A DNA stretch of 61,985 nucleotides from Candidatus Pacearchaeota archaeon (GCA_002688015.1 NZBT01000014.1:1-61985); one strand, 5' to 3'; numbered from the stretch's first letter, positions 27,865-37,596 are shown. Numbers and translations: made by a program. Notes: generated by a model not told the origin, from the sequence alone.

Positions 27865-29568
27865 ATGCCTAAAAAGGGACCTGTTAAAGGAGGTGGAATG
27901 ACAAATAAAGGTTTTAGTAATGAAATTTACGCCTATTCTCTGAGTAATGCTTTAGAATTTGGGAGTACAGATCCTGGAAGAATATTACCTAAGTTATTTC
28001 AGTTCGGTTTACAAAAGAAAGATATAGAAAAAGTTATGCCTTTGATTAAGGAGATTGTTAAAGATGTTAATTCTTGGAATAAGGATCAAAGGGAAAGAGA
28101 ATTTGAAAAATATAAATCTGTGATTCCAGAGAAAGTTGAAGAGGAGAAGGGTCTTTCTGAACTTCCTAATATTAAGGGAAGACCGAAATTTAGAATTGCA
28201 CCATTTCCTTCTGGGGCTTTACATTTGGGAAATGCTAAGACGTTTTTACTTAATGCCCTGTATGCTGAGAAATATAAAGGGAAACTGATTTTAGTTATGG
28301 ATGATACAATAGGAAGTGCAAAGAAAGCGATTGAGAAGGAATCATATAAATTGATTACAGACGCATTGAAGTGGCTTGGAATTAAATACGAGAAGAAAAT
28401 TATTTACAAATCAGATAGGTTAAAAACGTTTTACAAACATGCTGAACAGCTTATTAAGAAAGAAGCTGCATATGTTGATCATTCTACTCAAGAAGCTATG
28501 AAAAAGATGAGAGAAAGAGGACAAGAATCTGGAGCTAGAAGCTTTCCTCCTAAAATACAATTGGAAAGATGGAAATCAATGTTTGATGCTGATGAAGGAC
28601 ATGCAATTTTGAGAATTAAGACAGACATGAATCATCCTAATCCTGCTTTTAGGGATCGTGTGTTGTTTAAAATTTCTGACAGAGAGCATCCTAGAGTGAA
28701 AAAGAAATATCGTGTGTGGCCAACCCTTGAAATGTCATGGGCAATAGACGATCATCTTTTGGGAATTACCCATATAATTAGAGGAAATGATCTTTTGATT
28801 GAGACAGATATGGAGAGATTTATTTGGGAGAAGATGAAGTGGAAAGCTCCAGAAGTGATACATACAGGAATTGTAAAAATAGATTTTTCTGAATCTGGAG
28901 AAGGAAACCTAAGTAAGTCGAAGAGTAGAGATGAAGTTGCTTCTGGAAAATATTCTGGATGGGATGATCCCAGAACTTGGAGTATTCAATCTTTGAGGAG
29001 ACGTGGGATTTTGCCGGGAGCAATAAGAGAGTTTGTTGAATCTATTGGTTTGAATAAACAGGATATTACTATTCCTATAGAAAGCCTGTATGCGATAAAC
29101 AGAAGAATTTTGGATCCTGAGGTAGATAGGTATTTTTTTGTTGAGAATCCTGTTTTAATTTCTGTTTCGGGTTTAAAGGCGAAAAAGGTAGAGATTCCAA
29201 ATCATCCGGATAAGGAAAATGTTAGAGAAGTAAAAGTTAGCAAAAGAATATTAATTTCGAAACCTGATTTTGAGAAGCATAAAGGGAAGAATGTTAGATT
29301 GATACATTTGGCTAATTTGGATTTAAAGAGTAAAACGAAAGTTTTGGATTTGGATTCTAAAGAACTTCAAAAATTACAATGGGTTTCAGACCATAATTCT
29401 GTTAAGACAAGTATTTTAATGCCTTCTGGGGAATGGATTTCTGGATTGGCAGAAAGTGCTATTAAAAGATTAAAAGTCGGAGAGATGATTCAGTTTGAAC
29501 GTGTTGGTTTCTGTAGATATGATGGGACTAAAAAGGGAATTAGAAGGTTCTGGTTCGCCCATAGATGA
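27865..29568 (+). CDS. gltX: Glutamyl-tRNA synthetase (archaeal type)
   Basis: FRIAPFPSGALHLGNAKTFLLNALYAEKYKGKLILVMDDT (HIGH region) and LSKSKS (KMSKS equivalent). Confidence 0.85.
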   Translation: MPKKGPVKGGGMTNKGFSNEIYAYSLSNALEFGSTDPGRILPKLFQFGLQKKDIEKVMPLIKEIVKDVNSWNKDQREREFEKYKSVIPEKVEEEKGLSELPNIKGRPKFRIAPFPSGALHLGNAKTFLLNALYAEKYKGKLILVMDDTIGSAKKAIEKESYKLITDALKWLGIKYEKKIIYKSDRLKTFYKHAEQLIKKEAAYVDHSTQEAMKKMRERGQESGARSFPPKIQLERWKSMFDADEGHAILRIKTDMNHPNPAFRDRVLFKISDREHPRVKKKYRVWPTLEMSWAIDDHLLGITHIIRGNDLLIETDMERFIWEKMKWKAPEVIHTGIVKIDFSESGEGNLSKSKSRDEVASGKYSGWDDPRTWSIQSLRRRGILPGAIREFVESIGLNKQDITIPIESLYAINRRILDPEVDRYFFVENPVLISVSGLKAKKVEIPNHPDKENVREVKVSKRILISKPDFEKHKGKNVRLIHLANLDLKSKTKVLDLDSKELQKLQWVSDHNSVKTSILMPSGEWISGLAESAIKRLKVGEMIQFERVGFCRYDGTKKGIRRFWFAHR

Positions 29569-29753
29569 TTTCTTAAAAGCAAAAGATATTTAAAGAATTG
29601 GCTCTTATGAGTTGTATGAAAAAGAGTAGCATGGATTGGAGTTCTGAAGGATTGAGGTTAGTGGGAACTTCGTATGTCTGCGCCACTCCAAAGTTTATTC
29701 TCTTTATCTGTTAAGACCTAACAAACTTCTTTTGGGACTGGGAAAATTTTACA

Positions 29754-30140
29754 ATGGTTTTAAAAAATAATTTACAACAAACTTCTGAAACCCTATATGA
29801 AAGGGAAACAATAGTAGAGCATGAGGTAGAAGAGATGATCTATGAAATTTTAGAGAAATCTGATTGGAGTGTTTCTGGAAAACTTATTGACGAGATAAAG
29901 AAATATGCTAATAAGAATTCTTTTGTTTTCGATTCTTATTCCATTCATGATAATGAGGATGTTACTGTTAAAGTGTGCTGTATAAAATGTTTGAAAGCGC
30001 ACGCATTAGCAAAAGCTAAGGAATTGGAGTTAAATAGTGATTTAATTAGGGTATTAGAAGAAGTTTTTAATTGTGATACAGGACATAATGGGTATTATTT
30101 GAATAGGGAGAAAGCAATAAAGGTGGAAGATTTAAAGTGA
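29754..30140 (+). CDS. Hypothetical protein (128 aa)
   Basis: Complete ORF. Its stop overlaps the next ORF's start (GTGA). Confidence 0.4.
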   Translation: MVLKNNLQQTSETLYERETIVEHEVEEMIYEILEKSDWSVSGKLIDEIKKYANKNSFVFDSYSIHDNEDVTVKVCCIKCLKAHALAKAKELELNSDLIRVLEEVFNCDTGHNGYYLNREKAIKVEDLK

Positions 30141-30460
30141 TTTCAAATTTTATAGCTATTTCTCCTGAAATGAGATTGAAAGTCCGTAAACTGATAGATG
30201 CCTCAGAAGGAAGGGATGGTTTGCAGAAAAAACATCATTTTGAAGGAGAATTAGTAAGAATGGTCAGATTAAGTTCTTGCGTAGAAGAACATACTAGAAC
30301 TTTGGGAGATTATGAAAGGATGGCTGCTGAAAATCCTAGATTAAATGATTATTTTATCCCTGTAATGATTGTTAGAGAATCTTATAAAAAAATGCAGGAG
30401 AGAGTTGATAAAATCTTTGAGGATTATGACAGAATTGCAGAGGCCAGTTCTACAGATTAA
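30137..30460 (+). CDS. Hypothetical protein (107 aa; GTG start, or ATG at codon 12)
   Basis: Overlaps the upstream ORF by 4 nt. No motif recognised. Confidence 0.4.
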   Translation: MISNFIAISPEMRLKVRKLIDASEGRDGLQKKHHFEGELVRMVRLSSCVEEHTRTLGDYERMAAENPRLNDYFIPVMIVRESYKKMQERVDKIFEDYDRIAEASSTD

Positions 30461-32421
30461 CCTTTGTTTTTTCTTTGTTTTTCCTCAAATCTCTTAATAA
30501 ATTCGTCATACTTGTGTCTGCTTTTTAGCTCTTGCATTTTGAAGACTTTTGAAGATACTTTCTCTGCTTTTATTTTTCCAATTGTTTTTTCTCTAAATGC
30601 TTCAGATATTAGTATTTGAGAGTTGGAAGTTTCTGCCATGTTCTTTACTGTGCTTATTGTGTTTCCTATTGATGTAAATCTGAACTTATTCTCTTTTGAT
30701 TCGGTTATTAATTCTCCCACGTGAATGGCGATTCCGTATTTTATCTTTGTCTTAGAACTTCTATTATGTGTGTTTAAAGTTTCTTTTATTTGGTTTGCAA
30801 TAGCAGCAGCAATTAAATTGTTATTTGCTTCTCCTGTAATTGCTTTTGCAAAAATTACTATTCTATAATTTTCTGAAACATATATTTTGGCTTTTTCTCC
30901 TTTTGCTTTGAGTAGAGCAGAATCTATCGACTTTATTGCTTCCTGATTATTTTCTATTTCTGATTGGTTTTTTATCTTTAAGGCTATAATCGAAGCATGT
31001 TGTTTTTTTCCTTCTGCGATATTTCCTGATTGAGTGTCTTGATAATTTTCATTTGATATGTCTTTGAATGTTGTTTTATTTGAAAGCTTTGGTGTCTTTC
31101 CAGTGAAGTCTTTTTTTGCAACTTTTCTATATAATATAATTGCTGCGATAATTAAAACGATAAGTACTATTGCCCAAATTATTAAGTTAAGTGTTTTTGA
31201 TTTTATTCCTAAAGTTATGTCATCTATAGAGATTGCACTTCCTGTTAGAGCGACAGAAGAAAGAGAGGAGGCTCCTTGGGAGGATGCAAGTTCTATATCA
31301 TAATCTCCTGTTGGAGCAGATAATTGATAAAACTTTGATTTTCCGGGAGAGAGATTTATATCGAAAGATTCTGTTTTGTCAGATATTTTTATTTCTAAAG
31401 GTTGATCGTAAACAACATTTCCAATGTTTGTTACTTTTAGTCTATCATCTTGTACTTCATAGGACAGTAATGGAAGAGGGTCTATTGTAAACTTTCTATT
31501 GTTTTCCAAAGCATCAGAAGATACTTGGAATATCCATTCCCCAGGAATATAGTTTGTTTCTGTTGATAGAACAAGATCATCAGATGAAGAAACTTCTGAT
31601 TCAGATAATACTTTTCCGCTTGGAGAGACAAGTTTTAAGTTTACTGGGAAAGTCATTTCATTTCCTGTTTGATCAAGAATAAGAACTTTGTACTTTAATT
31701 CGGATCCTGGAGCTATTGTTACTGAATCAAGAGCCACATCTATTGAAGTTGGAATTTGATTTATTTTTATTTCTTTTATAGCGGAGCCTTCGTTTATTGT
31801 TTCTTCATTTTCGTCTTTTTCGTAAACTAAAATATCTAGTGATTGTGTCCCTGCAGGTGTTTTTTCTGGAACTATAATAGCTGATTGGAACGTTCCTGCA
31901 TTCACTAGAGAGATTGCCTTTGTATCTGTGCCTTGTAATGAAATTTCAACAAATCCTTCTAAAGGTTGAGAGTTTGCTTTTGTTGCTGTTCCCGTAATTA
32001 GAATCTCCTCTCCAGGATTGAAATCTGCTTTTTCCAGAGATAAGGAAACAAAGATTTCTTTTGTTAATGTGAATTTTCTAGATGAAGAACTTTCAGTTCC
32101 AAATGTTGTTTGAATTTCACAGTTTCCTTCTAATCCGGAAACAAGGAAAGAATCTAAGCTAAAAGAGATATCAACTTGTTTAGATTCTAAAGGAGCAAGA
32201 GTGTGTGGAGATTTGTATATTTCAACGCTTTGTGCGTTGCAAATAAGGTTTGCGATTAAATATTCGGAAGCGTACGTACTAGGAGCAAGAATTATTGATA
32301 CTGAGAAGGAATCTCCGAAGTTATAGACTTCATTTGTTTCAGAAATAAGGATTTCAGCATTTACAATTGGTATAATAAATAGAGATAGTAGTATTATAGT
32401 TAATAACGCTCTTTTTTGCAT
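30457..32421 (-). CDS. Single-pass surface receptor: signal peptide, Ig-like/beta-rich ectodomain, TM helix, cytoplasmic degenerate class III cyclase-homology-like domain
   Basis: MQKRALLTIILLSLFIIPIVNA signal. TM LNLIIWAIVLIVLIIAAIILY. C-terminus IKYGIAIHVGELI...FRFTSIGNTISTVKNMAETSNSQILISEAF follows the RIGIHTG...GDTVNxAARLE...ILVSE pattern. The two metal-binding Asp positions are not evident. Confidence 0.45.
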   Translation of the reverse strand: MQKRALLTIILLSLFIIPIVNAEILISETNEVYNFGDSFSVSIILAPSTYASEYLIANLICNAQSVEIYKSPHTLAPLESKQVDISFSLDSFLVSGLEGNCEIQTTFGTESSSSRKFTLTKEIFVSLSLEKADFNPGEEILITGTATKANSQPLEGFVEISLQGTDTKAISLVNAGTFQSAIIVPEKTPAGTQSLDILVYEKDENEETINEGSAIKEIKINQIPTSIDVALDSVTIAPGSELKYKVLILDQTGNEMTFPVNLKLVSPSGKVLSESEVSSSDDLVLSTETNYIPGEWIFQVSSDALENNRKFTIDPLPLLSYEVQDDRLKVTNIGNVVYDQPLEIKISDKTESFDINLSPGKSKFYQLSAPTGDYDIELASSQGASSLSSVALTGSAISIDDITLGIKSKTLNLIIWAIVLIVLIIAAIILYRKVAKKDFTGKTPKLSNKTTFKDISNENYQDTQSGNIAEGKKQHASIIALKIKNQSEIENNQEAIKSIDSALLKAKGEKAKIYVSENYRIVIFAKAITGEANNNLIAAAIANQIKETLNTHNRSSKTKIKYGIAIHVGELITESKENKFRFTSIGNTISTVKNMAETSNSQILISEAFREKTIGKIKAEKVSSKVFKMQELKSRHKYDEFIKRFEEKQRKNKG

Positions 32422-32495
32422 AGTAGATTTAATTTGCGGAGATATTTAAATCTTAGGGATAGAAGATTTATAAGTTAGAATTGGATATTTATGTC

Positions 32496-33008
32496 ATGGA
32501 AAACGATAAATTAATAGTGAAAAAATCAGGAATTTCTGGGAAAGGGGTATTTGCTAAATCAGAGATAAAGAAAGGGGGAACTATTCTTTTCTTGGAGGGA
32601 GAAGAGATGGATTTGAATGAAGTATTTAGAAGAATTGATTCTAATGAAGAAGTTTCAGGAGATCCCTTGCAGATAGGAGAAGACAAGTATCTTGATTTGA
32701 ATGAGTTTTCAAGACAGATCAATCATTCATGTGATCCTAATTCATTCGTAAGGGAGAAGAATGAGCTTGTTGCTATGAGAGATATTGAAAAAGGAGAAGA
32801 GATAACGTTTGATTATTCTACAACAATGAGTGATGATGAAGAAAGAGTACATGCAGATGATAGGGAGCTTTGGGATTGTAAATGTTCTTGTGGAGCTAAG
32901 AATTGTAGGAAGATAATTGATCAGTTTAAGACACTCCCTAAAAAGAGAAGAGAGTTCTATTTGAAGAATAAATATGTGCCCAATTTTATACTTAAAAAGT
33001 TTGGTTAA
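32496..33008 (+). CDS. SET-domain protein (putative protein-lysine methyltransferase)
   Basis: NHSCDPN, EEITFDYS and the post-SET Cys cluster CKCSCGAKNCRK. Start moved from TTG 32481 to ATG 32496 (TTTATAA 32467-32473 centred 26 nt upstream). Confidence 0.8.
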   Translation: MENDKLIVKKSGISGKGVFAKSEIKKGGTILFLEGEEMDLNEVFRRIDSNEEVSGDPLQIGEDKYLDLNEFSRQINHSCDPNSFVREKNELVAMRDIEKGEEITFDYSTTMSDDEERVHADDRELWDCKCSCGAKNCRKIIDQFKTLPKKRREFYLKNKYVPNFILKKFG

Positions 33009-33044
33009 TGGAAGGTTTATAAATTAAAATCTCTTATTTTGAAG

Positions 33045-34109
33045 ATGAAAGAAACAGTAAATGTTGATAATGAAAAGCTTGTAAAAGAGTTTGGAGCAGG
33101 TTTAGTTGGGACTGTGAAAGACTTGCCTGATTTTTACACATTCAAGAGTGGAGTTATGTATTCTCATAGAGATTTTGATAAGTTTCTTTCTGCATTGAAG
33201 AAAGGAGAAAAATGTGCAATTTTGTCTGGAGTTAATGCTTCTGGGACATTACATATTGGACATAAGGCTGTTTTTGATACAAATCTGTTTTTCCAAAAGA
33301 AATATGGAATTCCTGTTTTTATTCCCATAAGTGATGATGAATCTTATGTTTCTGGGAAAGTTAAAGATCAAGAAGAAGGTCTTAAAAATAGTATGCGTTT
33401 GGCAAAAGAACTGTTAGCTTATGGGTTTGATCCTAAGAAAACATATTTCATTATAGATCAAATTTATACTAATATTTACAATTTAGCTATTAAATTATCA
33501 ACAAGAGTGAATTATAGTGAGATAAAAGCGAGTTATGGATATAGGCCTGAGGATAATATTGGATTGCATTTTTATCCTGCAATTCAAAGTGCTCATATTT
33601 TATTTCCACAAATAGAGGAAGGAATGAAGAACGTTCTTGTCCCTATTGGGCCTGATGAAGATGCCCATTTAAGAATATCAAGAGATATTGCTTCTCGTTT
33701 TGAATTAGTAAAGCCAAGTGTTTTGCATTCATTGTTCTTGCCTGGAATTGATGGAGGGAAAATGTCAACGAGTAAGCCAAATTCTGCAATCTTTCTTTCA
33801 GATTCTGAAAAGGAAATTAGGAAGAAAATCAATAAGGCTTTTTCAGGAGGACAGAAGACAGTTGAAGAGCATAAGAAGTTGGGAGGAAATCCTGATGTGG
33901 ATGTTTCATACCTTTATTTGAAATATTTATTCTTAGATGAAAAGAAAGCAAAGGCATTAGCAGAGAAATATAGGAAAGGAAAAATTCTAAGTGGAGAGAT
34001 GAAGAAATTATTTGCTGATGAAGCAGTTGCCTTTGTATCCAATTTCCAGAAAAGATTAAAGAAAGTTTCTGAGAAAGATTTAGAGAAGACAATTATGAAG
34101 AATGATTAA
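33045..34109 (+). CDS. trpS: Tryptophanyl-tRNA synthetase
   Basis: GVNASGTLHIGH (HIGH), FIPISDDESY, YPAIQSAH, VPIGPDEDAHLRISRD, KMSTSKPNSAIF (KMSKS). Start set by TATA spacing. Confidence 0.75.
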   Translation: MKETVNVDNEKLVKEFGAGLVGTVKDLPDFYTFKSGVMYSHRDFDKFLSALKKGEKCAILSGVNASGTLHIGHKAVFDTNLFFQKKYGIPVFIPISDDESYVSGKVKDQEEGLKNSMRLAKELLAYGFDPKKTYFIIDQIYTNIYNLAIKLSTRVNYSEIKASYGYRPEDNIGLHFYPAIQSAHILFPQIEEGMKNVLVPIGPDEDAHLRISRDIASRFELVKPSVLHSLFLPGIDGGKMSTSKPNSAIFLSDSEKEIRKKINKAFSGGQKTVEEHKKLGGNPDVDVSYLYLKYLFLDEKKAKALAEKYRKGKILSGEMKKLFADEAVAFVSNFQKRLKKVSEKDLEKTIMKND

Positions 34110-34846
34110 GCAGCTTCTCTGTAGAATCTATGATCTGTTTCTTCAGAAGGTTCAGGAAGGAATTTCATTTTCTTTGATTTTGCCCATGAAGGATATTTTT
34201 TCATTGTTTTTGTATGATAATGGGTTGCTCCTCGAGTAGGATCTTCTTTTGGAGAACTGTATTTTAATACAAGCCCTGCAATTAAATAACATTCTTTCCA
34301 CGCCTTTGAATTAATAGATTCAGGATCCATTATTTTAGGAAGGTTAGGATCATTTTCGTTAAAACATGAATATTGACTGTCACATAATATGGAATCTTGT
34401 ATAGTTTCTCCATTCCACCTTTTTCCATCCCTTGCCCTGTTTAATGCAGTATAAGCTATGAATATTTTCTCAGTTGGAGAACATGAACGTGCTTCTCCAA
34501 AAAGCATTCTTGCTAAAAGAACACGATCAGAGTCTTGTTCAAAAACTTGTAAATGGGAGGGTCTTTGATTTTCTTCTGCATGCGCTGTGTTTGCGTATAG
34601 TAATGATGCTCCTCCAATAGAAGCTAAAATTGTTAATTCTCTTGCTGGGACCTTCTTAGCAACTGCTTTCGCTGTTGTGGAGACAAGATCTGATGTATCT
34701 TCAGCTAAAGCGATTGCTGGTCTTTGTGGTTGGAATGTTCTTGTTATTTTTCCAACTAGGCCTGTTCTTCTAGGGCTTCCGTCCCAGTAAGTTTCTGCTG
34801 CTTTTTGCGCAGCTTCAGCGTTTTCATATACGTTTGCGATTACCAT
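34106..34846 (-). CDS. Secreted/anchored SleB/CwlJ-type cell wall hydrolase (Hydrolase_2-like)
   Basis: LLARMLFGEARSCSPTEKIFIAYTALNRARDG, SQYSCFN, GATHYHT, HRFY. Hydrophobic signal-anchor LTILASIGGASLLYANTAHA. Confidence 0.7.
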   Translation of the reverse strand: MVIANVYENAEAAQKAAETYWDGSPRRTGLVGKITRTFQPQRPAIALAEDTSDLVSTTAKAVAKKVPARELTILASIGGASLLYANTAHAEENQRPSHLQVFEQDSDRVLLARMLFGEARSCSPTEKIFIAYTALNRARDGKRWNGETIQDSILCDSQYSCFNENDPNLPKIMDPESINSKAWKECYLIAGLVLKYSSPKEDPTRGATHYHTKTMKKYPSWAKSKKMKFLPEPSEETDHRFYREAA

Positions 34847-34920
34847 TTTGTCTTATTTTCCTCTCTTTTTTCAAGGTTTGAGGAGTTTTTACTCTGAAAA
34901 TAGGTATTTAAAGCTTATGG

Positions 34921-34963
34921 TTTGTTATCTTGCAAGAGTAATAACAGTCCAGAAAGATTTAAA
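34921..34963 (+). promoter_or_regulatory. Promoter cassette D: TTTGTTAT...GAGTAATAACA...AGAAAGATTTAAA for ORF 34987
   Basis: TGTTAT/ATAACA inverted repeat with a 12-nt spacer. TTTAAA 34958-34963 is centred 27 nt upstream of the ATG. Homologous to cassette C. Confidence 0.6.
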
Positions 34964-34986
34964 ACCTTTGATTTTATTGAAAAAGT

Positions 34987-35541
34987 ATGGCAGATAAAAA
35001 TCCTGGAGATGGAGATAAGAAGAGAAATTCTTTAAATGGATCTATTGAGAATGACGTTAAATTAATCAAGAGTTCTTTCCTTTCTGGACATAAGTCAGAT
35101 GATAAAGAATCGAGAGAAGAAGCTAAGAAAAAGGCTCTGCGTGGAGTTTTAACGTATATTGCTGAAAGGCTTATGGAAAGAACAGAAGATAGAGAATTTG
35201 CTGAAAGAGTATTAGGAAGAATAGCTGAAAGTGAGGATGTTATTCATGGATACATGATTGCAGACACAGAAAAAGGAAATGTGAATAAGGGAGATGATGC
35301 GGCATTTAATATGGGAGTTGATCTTTATACTCGGGTTGAACTTTATGCTCATCTTGTGAAAGTTGTTAATGATAGAGAACACGTTAGAGGTTTGTTAGAA
35401 AAACTTGAAGGAGATTTAGAAAGGCTTCGGGGATTTTGTGATGCTATGGCTAATCCTAAGAAGATTGATGGATTGTATTACAATGCACCAAACAAAGATT
35501 ATGGGAGAGGGGTCTCTTTGTTTACGCAGTTTAATGCTTAA
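34987..35541 (+). CDS. Hypothetical protein (184 aa)
   Basis: Complete ORF with a canonical leaderless promoter. No motif recognised. Confidence 0.55.
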   Translation: MADKNPGDGDKKRNSLNGSIENDVKLIKSSFLSGHKSDDKESREEAKKKALRGVLTYIAERLMERTEDREFAERVLGRIAESEDVIHGYMIADTEKGNVNKGDDAAFNMGVDLYTRVELYAHLVKVVNDREHVRGLLEKLEGDLERLRGFCDAMANPKKIDGLYYNAPNKDYGRGVSLFTQFNA

Positions 35542-35577
35542 CAACATCTTTTTAAATTAGGGTTTTCTAATTCATGT

Positions 35578-37314
35578 ATGAGAATCATTACTTTACATTG
35601 TGATTATATTAAATTTAGGGCTTTGAAGAAAGCAATTAGAACTGTTGAGGAGCTAAAGGAGAAGGATGGAAAGGAAGTGCCTGAAGTTCTTGTTGTGTTA
35701 ACTGCTGTTGAATCTCATGACTCCGAAATTGAAGTAAAGAAGCTAGTTGAAGCTGTAAAGAAAACAGCTAAAGATGTTAAGGCAAAGAATGTTGTTCTTT
35801 ATCCTTATGCTCATCTTTCTAGTAATTTGGCAAGTCCGGACAAGGCTGAAGAATATTTGTATCTTGCTGAGGATTTATTGAAGAAACAGAAATTGAAAGT
35901 TACGAGAGCTCCTTTTGGATATTATAAGGAATTTGAGCTTAAATGTAAGGGGCATCCTCTTTCAGAGTTGAGTAAAGAATTTGGGCCTGCTGTTGCAAGA
36001 GAAGCAAAAGGAGAAGGGAAGTTGCCAAGAGATGTTTCTGAGAAGGAAGAGAAATATGATCCTGAGCAATTATTAAGGCAAATTTCAAGAGCTAAGTTGG
36101 ATACAAGTAAGTTGAAAGATAATGATCATAGAATACTTGGACAGCAACTTGATTTGTTCAGTTTCAATGAAGTTGCTCCTGGAATGGTGTTTTGGCATAA
36201 CAACGGAAGAATTATTTTTGATGAACTTGTTGATTTTTGGAAAGAAGAACAAGAGTATGCAGGGTATGAAGAGATTAAAACTCCTCAGGTAATGGATAGC
36301 AAGTTATGGAAAGTTTCTGGGCATTGGGATAAATATAAGGAAAATAATTTTATAACTGGATACGAAGGGAGACCTTTCTTAGTAAAGCCTATGAATTGTC
36401 CTGGTGGGATGTTGGTGTTTAAGACTTCTCCTAAATCCTATAAGGATTTGCCTCTGAGATCTGCTGAAATGGGAATAGTTCATAGACATGAACTTTCTGG
36501 TGTATTAGCAGGATTGTTTAGAGTTATTCAGTTTACTCAAGATGATGCACACATCTTTTGTGCTGATGAAAAACAGACAGAAGAAGAGATTGTTGGAGTT
36601 GCTAAAATGATAAAGGAGTTTTATAAAAAGTTTGGATTGAAGTTTGATCATGTTGAGCTTTCTACTAGACCTGAGAAAAGAATTGGAACTGATGAGGAAT
36701 GGGACGTCGCGGAAAAGATTTTGGAAAAAGTTTTGAAGAAAATGAAAATGAAGTACAAGGTAAATAAGGGAGATGGAGCATTTTATGGACCGAAGATTGA
36801 TTTTCATGTTAAGGATTCTTTAGGAAGAACATGGCAGTTATCTACAATACAGTTAGATTTTGCTTTGCCTGAAAGATTTGATTTGGAGTTTACTGATAAA
36901 GATAATAAGAGAAAGAGGACCATAATGTTGCATAGAGTAATTTATGGAAGCATGGAGAGATTTATTGGAATTTTGTTAGAGCATACTAATGGGGCTTTAC
37001 CAACTTGGCTGAGTCCAGAACAGGTTAAAGTTATAAGCTTTACAGATAGAAATGTTAAGGCTGCTGAAAAGCTGGCTTCCGAGCTTAAAGATCAGGGAAT
37101 TAGGGCGGAAGCAGATGTTAGGAATGCTCAGGTAAGTGAGAAAATCAGAGACAGCGAAATAATGAAAGTTCCTTATGCTATCGTGTTGGGAGATAAGGAA
37201 GAAGAGAGTGGGAAATTGGCTGTTCGTGTTAGGGGAGAAAAGAAACCAAAGTTTGGTGTTAAGAAGGATAAGTTTATTAAAGATTTAGTTGAAGAAATAC
37301 AAGACAGGAAATAA
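35578..37314 (+). CDS. thrS: Threonyl-tRNA synthetase (archaeal N-terminal editing domain)
   Basis: Class II core HRHELSGVLAGLFRVIQFTQDDAHIFC and GAFYGPKIDFHVKD. Anticodon-binding C-terminus. Confidence 0.9.
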   Translation: MRIITLHCDYIKFRALKKAIRTVEELKEKDGKEVPEVLVVLTAVESHDSEIEVKKLVEAVKKTAKDVKAKNVVLYPYAHLSSNLASPDKAEEYLYLAEDLLKKQKLKVTRAPFGYYKEFELKCKGHPLSELSKEFGPAVAREAKGEGKLPRDVSEKEEKYDPEQLLRQISRAKLDTSKLKDNDHRILGQQLDLFSFNEVAPGMVFWHNNGRIIFDELVDFWKEEQEYAGYEEIKTPQVMDSKLWKVSGHWDKYKENNFITGYEGRPFLVKPMNCPGGMLVFKTSPKSYKDLPLRSAEMGIVHRHELSGVLAGLFRVIQFTQDDAHIFCADEKQTEEEIVGVAKMIKEFYKKFGLKFDHVELSTRPEKRIGTDEEWDVAEKILEKVLKKMKMKYKVNKGDGAFYGPKIDFHVKDSLGRTWQLSTIQLDFALPERFDLEFTDKDNKRKRTIMLHRVIYGSMERFIGILLEHTNGALPTWLSPEQVKVISFTDRNVKAAEKLASELKDQGIRAEADVRNAQVSEKIRDSEIMKVPYAIVLGDKEEESGKLAVRVRGEKKPKFGVKKDKFIKDLVEEIQDRK

Positions 37315-37596
37315 TTAGGATAAATTTCTATGTTGGTGATGTTTTGCTTGTCTTGATCCACTTCCATCTAAAAATTCGTTGCCTAAATATCCCCTTGGAG
37401 TTCTAGCACAATTTTTAGGTTCTGGCATTGCTGCTAAGATTCCGACAGTTCTTAAGAAATTATCACTTGATTTTGCGAATTCCATTTTTCTATGGATTTC
37501 ATATTGATCCATAGTTAATGAATAATTTGCTCCTTTTGAATCTAAGACATTTACTCTTTCTGTTCGGTCATCTTTCTTGTTCATTAGAGAATTCAT
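37315..37596 (-). CDS. Hypothetical protein (93 aa)
   Basis: Complete ORF abutting the thrS stop. No motif recognised. Confidence 0.35.
   Translation of the reverse strand: MNSLMNKKDDRTERVNVLDSKGANYSLTMDQYEIHRKMEFAKSSDNFLRTVGILAAMPEPKNCARTPRGYLGNEFLDGSGSRQAKHHQHRNLS

Noticed and set aside
29589-29714. Possible 32-35-aa ORF (MKKSSMDWSSEGLRLVGTSYVCATPKFILFIC) with a TATA about 25 nt upstream, and a possible hairpin (GGAGTTC...GAACTTC).
   Set aside because: The spacing is slightly off, and two in-frame ATGs make the start ambiguous. The composition is unremarkable. It could equally be the 5' leader of ORF 29754, which lacks its own TATA. I did not list it as a feature.
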